Assembly (NCBI RefSeq): GCF_009846755.1
Contig: NZ_AQOR01000041.1
Coordinates: forward strand, 1 to 25,171
Reading direction: 5' to 3'
From: Alcanivorax sp. S71-1-4
GTDB lineage: Bacteria > Pseudomonadota > Gammaproteobacteria > Pseudomonadales > Alcanivoracaceae
Length of the DNA stretch: 25,171 bases
Part shown: one piece after another, positions 9,205 to 17,410 of the stretch
How the letters are laid out: each line of letters opens with the position of its first letter
How positions within the stretch are numbered: the first letter of the stretch is position 1
Made by a program: the position numbers and the translations under genes
Notes under the pieces: model-generated
What the model was told of the DNA's origin: nothing
Database searches by the model: none
Seen by the model: the letters and a program-made list of their open reading frames with translations, nothing else

Positions 9205-9731
9205 TTCATCCGATCCTGCGCATGGGGGATGCGCGCCTGCACCGCGTGGCCGAACCGGTCACCGCCTTTGACACTCCGGCGCTGCACGCCCTGGTGGCCG
9301 ATCTGTTCGACACCATGGCCGCCGCCAACGGCGCCGGCCTGGCCGCGCCGCAGATCGGCGTTAATCTGCGCGTGGTGATTTTCGGCATCGACCACAACCC
9401 GCGTTATCCGGCGGCGCCACCCGTGCCACGCACCGTGCTCGTCAATCCGGTGCTGACACCGCTGACCGACGAGCAGGAAGAAGACTGGGAAGGCTGCCTG
9501 TCGGTACCCGGCCTGCGCGGGCGGGTGCCGCGCATCACGCGGCTGCGCTACACCGGACATGATCAGCACGGCCGGTCCATCGACCGCACTGTCGAGGGGT
9601 TTCATGCGCGGGTGGTGCAACACGAATGCGATCACCTCGACGGCATTCTGTATCCGCAACGCCTCCGGGATCTGCGGCAGTTCGGCTTCACGGACGTGCT
9701 GTTCCCTGGCCAGGACCTGCCGGACGATTGA
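9201..9731 (+). CDS. def: peptide deformylase (likely a paralogous copy outside the def-fmt locus)
   Basis: GTG at 9201 overlaps the yafV stop (GTGA). PDF motifs [10 protein letters not shown] (motif 1), EGCLSVPG (motif 2), QHECDHLDG (motif 3, HEXXH). Confidence 0.8.
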   Translation: MIHPILRMGDARLHRVAEPVTAFDTPALHALVADLFDTMAAANGAGLAAPQIGVNLRVVIFGIDHNPRYPAAPPVPRTVLVNPVLTPLTDEQEEDWEGCLSVPGLRGRVPRITRLRYTGHDQHGRSIDRTVEGFHARVVQHECDHLDGILYPQRLRDLRQFGFTDVLFPGQDLPDD

Positions 9732-9740
9732 CCCGGCGGC

Positions 9741-10610
9741 TCAAACAGCCTGCACAGGAAACTGCTCAGAGGGCGATACGATCTGCTGTTGTGCCGCCAC
9801 CAGCGGCAGGTCACGGGAACCGTCAGGGGTGGCCTGCACCAGCGCATACAGTGTGGCCGTGGCCAATGCCAGGGCCTGCGGTAACGTCTGCCTGGAGAGC
9901 AGATGCCCCAGCAGTACCGCCGAGAATACATCGCCCATGCCATTGGGCAGCGGGTGCCGCGCCAGGCGTGGCGTCATCACCAGCCAGGCACCCGTGCCGT
10001 CCACCGCCAGCGTGCCGAGCCTGTCCGCCGGGATATCCGGCGTGACCAGGCTGGTGATCACCACCACGTCCGGACCACGCCCGCGCATGTGCCGGGCCGC
10101 CTGCACCGCCTGGGGGATACTGGTCAGCGGGGCGTCCGTCAGCAACTCGAATTCGAACTGGTTCGGCGTGATGATCTGCGCAAACGGCATCGCCTGGTTG
10201 CGCAGAAAATCCGGGATCGCCGGGTTGACGAACACACCGCGCCCCACATCGCCCATCACCGGGTCACACAGATAACGCACCGCAGGATTGTCATGCCGGA
10301 TGGCTTCCACGGCCTCAAGGATCACCTCGCCGGTGCCGGCATCGCCCAGATACCCTGACAGCACCGCTGCCACCCGCGCCAGCACGCCGCGTTCACGCAG
10401 CCCCTGCAAGACCTCGCGGACATGCGCGGCACCGAACACCGTGCCGCGAAACTGGCCATAGCCGGTGTGATTGGAGAACTGCACCGTATTCACCGGCAAC
10501 ACCTCAAACCCCAGACGCTGCAACGGAAACACGGCGGCCGCATTGCCGACGTGGCCCAGCGCCACATGTGACTGGACAGAGAGAACAAAGGGCGGCACAG
10601 CATCACGCAT
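9741..10610 (-). CDS. pdxY: pyridoxal kinase PdxY
   Basis: 289 aa, ribokinase-like fold, colinear with E. coli PdxY (LSVQSHVALGHVGNAAAVFPLQRLGFEVLPVNTVQFSNHTGYG...). Confidence 0.9.
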   Translation of the reverse strand: MRDAVPPFVLSVQSHVALGHVGNAAAVFPLQRLGFEVLPVNTVQFSNHTGYGQFRGTVFGAAHVREVLQGLRERGVLARVAAVLSGYLGDAGTGEVILEAVEAIRHDNPAVRYLCDPVMGDVGRGVFVNPAIPDFLRNQAMPFAQIITPNQFEFELLTDAPLTSIPQAVQAARHMRGRGPDVVVITSLVTPDIPADRLGTLAVDGTGAWLVMTPRLARHPLPNGMGDVFSAVLLGHLLSRQTLPQALALATATLYALVQATPDGSRDLPLVAAQQQIVSPSEQFPVQAV

Positions 10611-10799
10611 CAGTCGGGCAACTCCGCATACAGATCATCGGCGCTCAGCATAGCCGATTCGCCGGACACGGCGCATTCATCGGTCCGTCGCCTATCCCCC
10701 TCGCCGAACGCCTATACTGCGAAGCAGTGCGCACCCGCGTACCATTGTTGTTTCATTATCATCGTTGAGCCCTGGGGGGCTCTTTCAAAAGGGGGTTTC

Positions 10800-11666
10800 A
10801 TGCACCACGTTTCCCGGACCGGGCCGAGTGCCCGGCGGCATCGCCATGTTCTGTGTTTTCTGATCCCGGCCCTGACACTGGCCGCCTGCGGCGGCGACAG
10901 CAGCCGCCGTCACAGTGAGCGCCAGCTCAACGAGACCAGCGCACCGCTGGCGCTGCGGGCCGTCACACACAGCTTATTCGCCAGCCCGAAAATCATTACC
11001 TACATGCCGGCGCTGATACAGCAGGTCAGTGAAGAGCAGTGCAGTACCGGCAGCGTGACCATCACACCGGAAGACAGCAGCCCGGTCACCGACATTGCCT
11101 ACGCCGAATGCCTGGAAGACTTTGGCGGCATCAGCACACTGACCGATGGCACCCTGCACTTTGGCTACTCGGACGACGACACGCTGATCCAGGTCGTGGC
11201 GGAAAATTTCCTGGAGCATTCGCTTTTTCTGGATATCGAAGACCGCCTTGTCACCTTCGATGGCCAACTGGACTTTCCGGCCGGGCCGGCGTCACCGGTC
11301 AGCTATACGGCGAACGGCACCTATCATCTGGTCCACACCGCCCCGGATACGGATGACGACGTACTGATCCGGTTTCAGGACTTCCAGATGACGAGCACTC
11401 TTAGCGGCACCGACCTGATTCAGTATCCGGGCGGCAGCCTGCTGCTGGACAATGGCGCGGTCATCACGCTGACCACCGGCGACAACGGCCTGACCCGTCC
11501 CGAAGACGCCATCTGCCCGAGCAGCGGCACCCTGACCGTGACCGCCAGCGACGGCAGCCACCTGGATGTGCTGTTCAGCGGCGAGGACCACATCGTCGTG
11601 ACCGTGAACGGCGTGGCCCAGCCCGAACAAAGCTGTGATGAGTACCTGGCGTTGATCGCTTACTGA
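10800..11666 (+). CDS. acidic lipoprotein of unknown function
   Basis: 288 aa. Signal peptide with lipobox L-A-A-C. Asp/Thr/Ser-rich mature protein with 4 Cys. AAGGGGG RBS 5 nt upstream. Bidirectional terminator downstream. Confidence 0.6.
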   Translation: MHHVSRTGPSARRHRHVLCFLIPALTLAACGGDSSRRHSERQLNETSAPLALRAVTHSLFASPKIITYMPALIQQVSEEQCSTGSVTITPEDSSPVTDIAYAECLEDFGGISTLTDGTLHFGYSDDDTLIQVVAENFLEHSLFLDIEDRLVTFDGQLDFPAGPASPVSYTANGTYHLVHTAPDTDDDVLIRFQDFQMTSTLSGTDLIQYPGGSLLLDNGAVITLTTGDNGLTRPEDAICPSSGTLTVTASDGSHLDVLFSGEDHIVVTVNGVAQPEQSCDEYLALIAY

Positions 11667-11697
11667 GCCCGCGCGCGGCTAACGCACGCGCGCACAC

Positions 11698-11736
11698 AAA
11701 AAAGGGAGGCACGTTTGCACGTGCCTCCCTTTTTTT
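11698..11736. terminator. bidirectional rho-independent terminator (A6 - perfect 10-bp stem GGGAGGCACG/CGTGCCTCCC, 6-nt loop - T7) between convergent lipoprotein gene and cspA
   Basis: Directly visible palindrome flanked by A- and T-tracts. A second GC hairpin (GCGCGCG...CGCGCGC) lies just upstream at 11671-11693. Confidence 0.8.
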
Positions 11737-11775
11737 CAGCCGCCCGTCAGTTCAGGGCAGCCGCGGCCCGTCTTC

Positions 11776-11985
11776 TCAGAGCGGGACGATGTTCTCGGCT
11801 TGCGGGCCTTTTTGGCCTTGCGTGATGGTGAAGCTCACGCTCTGACCTTCAGTCAGGGTTTTGAAGCCGGTGCCGGTGATCGCACTGAAATGCGCGAACA
11901 CATCCGGGCCACCTTGTTGCTCGATGAAGCCGAAGCCTTTGGATTCATTGAACCATTTGACGGTGCCGGTGACTGTGCCAGACAT
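11776..11985 (-). CDS. cspA: cold-shock protein, CspA family
   Basis: ORF 11776..12006. Start placed at ATG 11985 ([21 protein letters not shown]...) preceded by AGGAAC RBS. RNP1 motif KGFGFI and RNP2 VFAHF present. Locally lower GC and a long AT-richer 5' leader. Confidence 0.9.
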   Translation of the reverse strand: MSGTVTGTVKWFNESKGFGFIEQQGGPDVFAHFSAITGTGFKTLTEGQSVSFTITQGQKGPQAENIVPL

Positions 11986-12254
11986 AATATCGTTCCTGTA
12001 ATACATGGAGTAACGTGCCCCGAAATCGGGACGTTCAACGCTGGAGCGGGGCTATTACTTATGAATTACGAGACTAAGAACTACCGAGAGGACATCGACG
12101 CGGGCTTCATAAGATGGCATACGTTCAAGCTGGCAGACAGTCTCTGCCGTTGTGGCGCAAGAGTCAACGTATTTCCTCCCGGCGCGCCATTGAGGCTGCG
12201 GCCGTGCCCGGTTTTTCCCGCCTGAACCGCCCCCGCGGCCACGCCGCATCACGT

Positions 12255-13142
12255 TCAGAGGCCGCACGGGGCGGCCAGCCGCGCCAGCTTGTCGGGGTTG
12301 CGCATGATGAAGATGCCGGTCGCACGCCCGGCCGCGTCACAGGCGAAGCTCACTGACGCCACGATATGCCCGGCATCGACCAGCAGCGCACCATAGCCCC
12401 CGTTGATCCATGTGAGGTGCCAGGTATAGGCGCGCCAGTAAAGGTTCAGCCTGCCGGCGATGAAATCCAGCACCGGCGCCTTGCCTGACAGCGGCGCAAG
12501 CAACGCCTGCACCTTGCCGCCGCCATCTGTTCTCAGCTCGATGTCGTCCGACATCAGCAGCGCCAGCGACGCTGTATCCCCCGACGCCACGGCCTCCTGG
12601 AACGCCGCCAGCAGCGCGCGCTGGCGCACCGGCGGCACGGCACTGCGAACATTGCCGTCACCCACGTGCTGCCGCGCCCGTGATACCAGCTTGCGACAGG
12701 CCGCCTCCTGCACGCCCAGCGCAAGCGCCACCTCTTCATAGGGCTGGTCGAAGACGTCGTGCAGCAGGTACGCCGCCCGCTCTCTGGGCGTCAGCCGCTC
12801 AAGCAACAGCAGGAACGCCACTGACAGGGAAGATGACAGCTCCAGCGCAGCGTCCGGTGCGTCCCCGGCCTCGGCCTGGAGCGGTTCCGGCAGCCAGGCG
12901 CCGACGTAATCGACCCGCACCTGGTGTGCGGCGCGCAGCAGGTCGATGCTGCGGCGCGTGCAGGCGGTGGTGAGCCAGGCCTCGGGATGTGCGATCACCG
13001 CGCGATCCGCCTGGCTCCATTTGAGAAAGGTATCCTGCACCGCGTCCTCGGCTTCAGCGACCGAACCGAGGATGCGGTAAGCCAGCCCGGTCAGGAACCC
13101 CCGCCGGGCCTCGAACAGCCGGATGTCCTGCGGCTCAATCAT
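12255..13142 (-). CDS. ECF sigma factor of group ECF41 (SigJ-like) with fused C-terminal SnoaL-like regulatory extension
   Basis: 295 aa. Sigma-2/sigma-4 regions plus all three ECF41 signature motifs: YVGAWLPEP (YVGPWLPEP), DGGGK, and C-terminal NPDKL (NPDKV). Confidence 0.85.
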   Translation of the reverse strand: MIEPQDIRLFEARRGFLTGLAYRILGSVAEAEDAVQDTFLKWSQADRAVIAHPEAWLTTACTRRSIDLLRAAHQVRVDYVGAWLPEPLQAEAGDAPDAALELSSSLSVAFLLLLERLTPRERAAYLLHDVFDQPYEEVALALGVQEAACRKLVSRARQHVGDGNVRSAVPPVRQRALLAAFQEAVASGDTASLALLMSDDIELRTDGGGKVQALLAPLSGKAPVLDFIAGRLNLYWRAYTWHLTWINGGYGALLVDAGHIVASVSFACDAAGRATGIFIMRNPDKLARLAAPCGL

Positions 13143-13143
13143 C

Positions 13144-13572
13144 TCAATGTCCTGACACCTGAATACGGTTCCACAGATTGATCATGGCCACGGTCGCGGT
13201 CAACGCGCTGATCTGCTCGTCACTGAAATGGGCCCGCAAGGCGGCCCGCAAAGCGCCGTAGTCAGTCTTGCGATCGAGCAGGGTCAGCGCCTCGACCCAG
13301 GCCAGCGCCGCGCGCTCGGCCGGTGAAAAATCACTGACATGCTCCCAGACCACGAGACGGTCCAGCCGCTCACTGGTTTCGCCGTCTTCACGGGCTTCCC
13401 GGACATGCATCTTCACGCAAAAGGCACAGGCATTGAGCTGTGAGGCGCGCAATTGCACGAGGTGATGAAGCGTGCGGTCCAGACCGTGCGCATCAATCGC
13501 CTCGTGAACGCCGGTCAGCGCGCTGATGACATCGGGAAGGGCCTGGAAAAGGTTTACTGGCCTGGTCGTCAT
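13144..13572 (-). CDS. carboxymuconolactone decarboxylase (CMD) / AhpD-like family protein, the conserved partner gene of ECF41 sigma factors
   Basis: 142 aa. AhpD-like Cys/His motif region (NACAFCVKMH). Stop 1 nt before the sigma factor start (operon). GAGGAT RBS. Confidence 0.8.
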   Translation of the reverse strand: MTTRPVNLFQALPDVISALTGVHEAIDAHGLDRTLHHLVQLRASQLNACAFCVKMHVREAREDGETSERLDRLVVWEHVSDFSPAERAALAWVEALTLLDRKTDYGALRAALRAHFSDEQISALTATVAMINLWNRIQVSGH

Positions 13573-13612
13573 GAAAAATCCTCGCTACAGAAACAGGGGG
13601 GTACCACCCTGT

Positions 13613-13639
13613 GACGATCCAGCGCCCCGGCGTGTGACA
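13613..13639 (-). promoter_or_regulatory. ECF41-type promoter TGTCACA-N16-CGTC upstream of the CMD-sigma operon (autoregulated)
   Basis: Minus strand reads TGTCACA (13639..13633), 16-nt spacer, CGTC (13616..13613), ~40 nt upstream of the CMD start at 13572. Matches the published ECF41 target promoter consensus. Confidence 0.6.
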
Positions 13640-13705
13640 TGGCGGCCACACACCGCCCCTCGGCGCCCTCCCATGACACCGCTACCCGAAACACGATCCA
13701 CAATG

Positions 13706-13730
13706 AAAACCATTATCATTATTGATATAG
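13706..13730 (+). promoter_or_regulatory. Fur-box-like element overlapping a TATAGT -10 hexamer upstream of the TonB-dependent receptor gene
   Basis: CCATTATCATTATTGATATAG resembles the GATAATGATAATCATTATC consensus (three NATWAT-type hexamers). Located 45-70 nt upstream of ATG 13776 in an otherwise GC-rich region. Confidence 0.45.
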
Positions 13731-13775
13731 TGCCCTCCTCGCTATCCGGTCATCACAACCGTCACGGGGTTCCTC

Positions 13776-15941
13776 ATGATATCGACCCACCTCCGGCTTT
13801 CTGCGCTTTCTCTGGCCATGCTTGCGGCCACCCCCTTTGCCCACGCCCAGACGCAGACGCCGCGACAGTCCGGCGACGGCGCCTACCTGCTCGAAACCGT
13901 CGAGGTGCAATCCAGTGCAGACGCTTCCCGGGACGGCCTGAGCCAGCCCTTTGCCGGCGGACAGGTGGCCGAAGGCGGACAGGTCGGCATTCTCGGCACC
14001 CAGGCAGTGATGGACACCCCGTACAGCTTCACCAGCTATACCGAACTGTTGATTGAGGACCAGCAAGCCGCCAGCGTCGGCGAGATTCTGCTGAATGATC
14101 CGGCGGTGCGTGTGGCCCGCGGTTTTGGCAATTACCAGCAGGTATACATCGTGCGCGGCCTGCCGGTATTTTCCGACGACATGACCTACAACGGCCTGTA
14201 CGGCCTGTTGCCACGCCAGTACCTGTCATCGTCCTTCATTGAGCGTGTGCAGGTCTTCCGTGGCGCCAACACCTTCCTGAAAGGCGCCGCGCCCGGCGGC
14301 AGCGGCCTGGGCGGCGCGGTGAACGTGGTGCCCAAGCGGGCGCCGAACGACCCGATGACACAACTCACCGTCGGTGGCCAGACCGGCGGCCACGGGCATG
14401 CTGCCGCAGATATCGCCCGGCGCACCGACGATGGCCGCTTCGGCATTCGCCTGAACGCCGCGCGGCGCAGTGGCGACATGGCCATTGAGGGCGAATCCTC
14501 AGCACTGTCGATGGCGCATATCGGGGTGGATTACCGGGGCGACGCGCTGCGCGTGTCGGCCGACCTCGGTTATCAGGATCACCGTGTGGACGGCGGGCAG
14601 CCGAATATCACCATCGATGGCGGCGTGCCGATTCCGGACGCGCCGGATGCAACGAAGTCCATCGGGCAGTCGTGGACCTATTCTGATTCGGAAGATCTTT
14701 TCGGCACGTTGCGTGCGGAATATGACTTCGCCAGCAATGTGACGGGTTGGGCGGCGTTTGGGGCGCGGACCAGTGATGAAAGCTCGATTTTTGCGAATCC
14801 GACCGTCACTAACGTCAACGGCGACTATACGGCAAGCCGTTTCGATACCGCACGGGAAGATACCGTTGTGACGGGTGAAACAGGCGTTCGTGTACGATTT
14901 GATACCGGCGGCATTGACCATACCGTGAGCCTTTCCGGCTCCGTTTATGATCTCGAATCCAAGAATGCCTATGCATTTGGTGCGCCAGCCTTCAGCGGCA
15001 ATATTTATTCACCCGCGCCTGTCGCACTTGCCCCAAATACGGTGCCTGGCGGAAACCTGTCAGACCCCGGACGCACCATTCACACTTATTTCCAGAGCGT
15101 TGCCCTGGCTGATCAACTGAAGATGTTGGACGAGCGTCTTCTGGTAACGTTAGGCGTGAGATATCAGCGCCTTAAAGATTACAACTACGATTACAACACC
15201 GGGAACCGCGACACGAACTTCAGCTACGACGAAGACGCGCTGACCCCCACTGTCGGCATCCTCTATAAATTGACGCCTACCGTCTCAATGTATGCCAACT
15301 ACATCGAAGGTTTGCAGAAAGGCGCCCGCGCCGGAAATACCGCCGCCAATGTTGGCCAAACACTTGATCCTTATGAAACCAAGCAAAGCGAACTCGGCGT
15401 GAAATACGATGGTGGCCGCCTGGGCGGCAGCGTAGCCGTCTATCGCAGTCGTAAGCCCGTTGCGGGCCAGGACGCGAACAACATCTTCAAAATTGTCGAC
15501 CACCAGAAAAACACCGGCCTGGAACTGATGGCCTACGGCCAGATCACCCCGACCATGACCGTCCTCGGCGGCATCAGCTTCCTCGACGCCGATGTCGACG
15601 GCGACAAGGCCATCGGCGCCCCGGAAACCCAGGCCAACGTCAATCTGGAATATCGCGTGCCCCAGTGGCAGGACGTCACGTTCGACGGCCGTGTCATCTA
15701 CACCAGCTCGCAATACGCCGATGCCGGCAATCAACAAAAAGTGGATGCCTGGACACGCCTGGATCTCGGCGCGCGCTATCTGGTCCCGCTGGCCAACGGC
15801 ACCTTGCTGACACTGCGCGGCCGCGTGGAAAATGTCACTGGTGAGGACTACTGGGCATCGTCAGGCGGCTATCCGAACGCCGGCTACCTCACCGTCGGCG
15901 CACCGCGCACGCTGCTGCTCTCCGCCACTTTCGACTTTTAA
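13776..15941 (+). CDS. TonB-dependent outer-membrane receptor (siderophore-type)
   Basis: 721 aa. Signal peptide ...PFAHA-QT. Plug-domain motifs (e.g. VQVFRGANTFLKGAAPGGSGLGGAVNVVPKRA). 22-strand barrel-length C-terminus ending with terminal Phe (SATFDF). Confidence 0.9.
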   Translation: MISTHLRLSALSLAMLAATPFAHAQTQTPRQSGDGAYLLETVEVQSSADASRDGLSQPFAGGQVAEGGQVGILGTQAVMDTPYSFTSYTELLIEDQQAASVGEILLNDPAVRVARGFGNYQQVYIVRGLPVFSDDMTYNGLYGLLPRQYLSSSFIERVQVFRGANTFLKGAAPGGSGLGGAVNVVPKRAPNDPMTQLTVGGQTGGHGHAAADIARRTDDGRFGIRLNAARRSGDMAIEGESSALSMAHIGVDYRGDALRVSADLGYQDHRVDGGQPNITIDGGVPIPDAPDATKSIGQSWTYSDSEDLFGTLRAEYDFASNVTGWAAFGARTSDESSIFANPTVTNVNGDYTASRFDTAREDTVVTGETGVRVRFDTGGIDHTVSLSGSVYDLESKNAYAFGAPAFSGNIYSPAPVALAPNTVPGGNLSDPGRTIHTYFQSVALADQLKMLDERLLVTLGVRYQRLKDYNYDYNTGNRDTNFSYDEDALTPTVGILYKLTPTVSMYANYIEGLQKGARAGNTAANVGQTLDPYETKQSELGVKYDGGRLGGSVAVYRSRKPVAGQDANNIFKIVDHQKNTGLELMAYGQITPTMTVLGGISFLDADVDGDKAIGAPETQANVNLEYRVPQWQDVTFDGRVIYTSSQYADAGNQQKVDAWTRLDLGARYLVPLANGTLLTLRGRVENVTGEDYWASSGGYPNAGYLTVGAPRTLLLSATFDF

Positions 15942-15954
15942 CCTGACAACCCAA

Positions 15955-15989
15955 GCGCCCCGGTCAACGGGGCGCCCAGGCAGTCTTTT
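15955..15989 (+). terminator. intra-operon hairpin (8-bp GC stem GCGCCCCG/CGGGGCGC) followed by a weak U-stretch; candidate attenuator / processing site between receptor and PepSY genes
   Basis: GCGCCCCGgtcaaCGGGGCGCccaggcagtctttt directly precedes ATG 15990. The U-tract is displaced 8 nt from the stem, so partial termination at most. Confidence 0.4.
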
Positions 15990-17129
15990 ATGAAACAGAA
16001 CACACTGCGCGTCTGGTCCGCCGTCCACACCTGGACCAGTCTCATCTGCACGGCCTTTATGCTGATGCTGTGCCTCACCGGCCTGCCGCTGATATTTCAC
16101 GACGAGATCGAAGCGCTGCTGGATGACCACGCCTGGCAACCGGCCAACCCGGACGGGCCACTGCTGTCGCTTGATGCGATGCTGGCCGCCGCCTACGCCA
16201 ACCGGCCCGGCGAAGTGCCGCTGTTCATGAGTTTCGACACCGACCGCCCGGTGGTGAATGTCACCAGCGGGCCGACACCGGACGCGGCGTCAGGCGACAT
16301 GCACTTTGCTTCCTTCGACCGCACCAGCGGCGCGCTGGTACCGGCCCACGACGACGGCGGCGTGATGCATTTTCTGCTGCAACTGCATACCGACATGTTC
16401 CTCGGCCTGCCGGGCATGCTGTTCCTCGGCGCCATGGGGCTGTTGCTGGTGGCCGCCATTGTCTCCGGCGTGGTGCTGTATGCCCCCTTCATGCGCAAGC
16501 TGGATTTCGGCACGCTGCGCACGCACCGCTCCCGGCGCCTGAAGTGGCTCGATTATCACAACCTGCTCGGTATCGTGACCGTGGCCTGGCTGGTCGTGGT
16601 GGGCCTTACTGGCGTGGTGAATACCCTGGCCAATCCGATTGTCGATGCCTGGCGCAACCAATCGCTGGCCGATCTCACCGCCGGCTACCAGGGCGCTACG
16701 GTGCCGACGCCGGCGGAGATGGCCTCGCTGGATGCAGCCGTGGCACAAGCCATCAAGGCCGCCCCCGACATGACACTGCAATTTGTCGCCTTCCCCGGCG
16801 GCAGCTGGTCCACCGACTACCACTATGCGATCTTCCTGCACGGCAACACGCCGCTGACCTCGCACATCATTACCCCGGCACTGGTGGATGCCCGCACCGG
16901 CGCGTTCGCCGACATGCGCGAAATGCCCTGGTACAACAAGGCGCTGGCGCTCTCCGGCCCGCTGCATTTCGGGGATTACGGCGGCCTGCCGCTGAAAATT
17001 CTCTGGGCGGTGCTCGATGTGCTGACCATCATCGTGCTGGTCACCGGCCTGTACCTGTGGGCCGTGCGCCGCCGTACCGCACCCCGCGACGACCGCACCC
17101 CACTGGCTGCCACCGGAGAACGCGCATGA
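15990..17129 (+). CDS. PepSY-associated TM helix protein (PiuB-like, iron-uptake associated)
   Basis: 379 aa, multi-TM with periplasmic loops, the usual partner of siderophore-type TonB receptors. Stop overlaps the next start. Confidence 0.85.
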   Translation: MKQNTLRVWSAVHTWTSLICTAFMLMLCLTGLPLIFHDEIEALLDDHAWQPANPDGPLLSLDAMLAAAYANRPGEVPLFMSFDTDRPVVNVTSGPTPDAASGDMHFASFDRTSGALVPAHDDGGVMHFLLQLHTDMFLGLPGMLFLGAMGLLLVAAIVSGVVLYAPFMRKLDFGTLRTHRSRRLKWLDYHNLLGIVTVAWLVVVGLTGVVNTLANPIVDAWRNQSLADLTAGYQGATVPTPAEMASLDAAVAQAIKAAPDMTLQFVAFPGGSWSTDYHYAIFLHGNTPLTSHIITPALVDARTGAFADMREMPWYNKALALSGPLHFGDYGGLPLKILWAVLDVLTIIVLVTGLYLWAVRRRTAPRDDRTPLAATGERA

Positions 17130-17320
17130 ACCGCCCGTCACGCCGCGACAAGACACTCTGGCAGATTTTTGCTTTGCCTCTGCTCGCCGCCATCGCCAGC
17201 CTGGTCGGCCTGGTCGCAGCACTGCTCGGCGACGGCTGGCTCAATCTGCTGGCGTGGATCGGCCTGGCGGTGCCGGTATGGCTGGTGGGCCGGGCCATGA
17301 TGTGCGACCCGGAACGATAA
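17126..17320 (+). CDS. small two-TM membrane protein (64 aa) translationally coupled to the PepSY gene
   Basis: In the ORF track it is hidden inside stop-free ORF 16544..17320. ATG at 17126 overlaps the PepSY stop (ATGA). Two hydrophobic helices (IFALPLLAAIASLVGLVAALL; LLAWIGLAVPVWLVG). Confidence 0.55.
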   Translation: MNRPSRRDKTLWQIFALPLLAAIASLVGLVAALLGDGWLNLLAWIGLAVPVWLVGRAMMCDPER

Positions 17321-17410
17321 ACACTGCCTGACAACTCGCATCACCCGAGCGAGACTCTCTCGACAAACGGCAGTCGCCGGTCCGGTCAATGGCAGGATAA
17401 TACAGCGGTC

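Noticed and set aside
16544-17320. 258-aa ORF overlapping the PepSY gene in another frame
   Set aside because: Only its last 64 codons (from ATG 17126, coupled to the PepSY stop) look like a real small membrane protein. The rest is a Arg/Pro-rich alternative frame of the PepSY gene.
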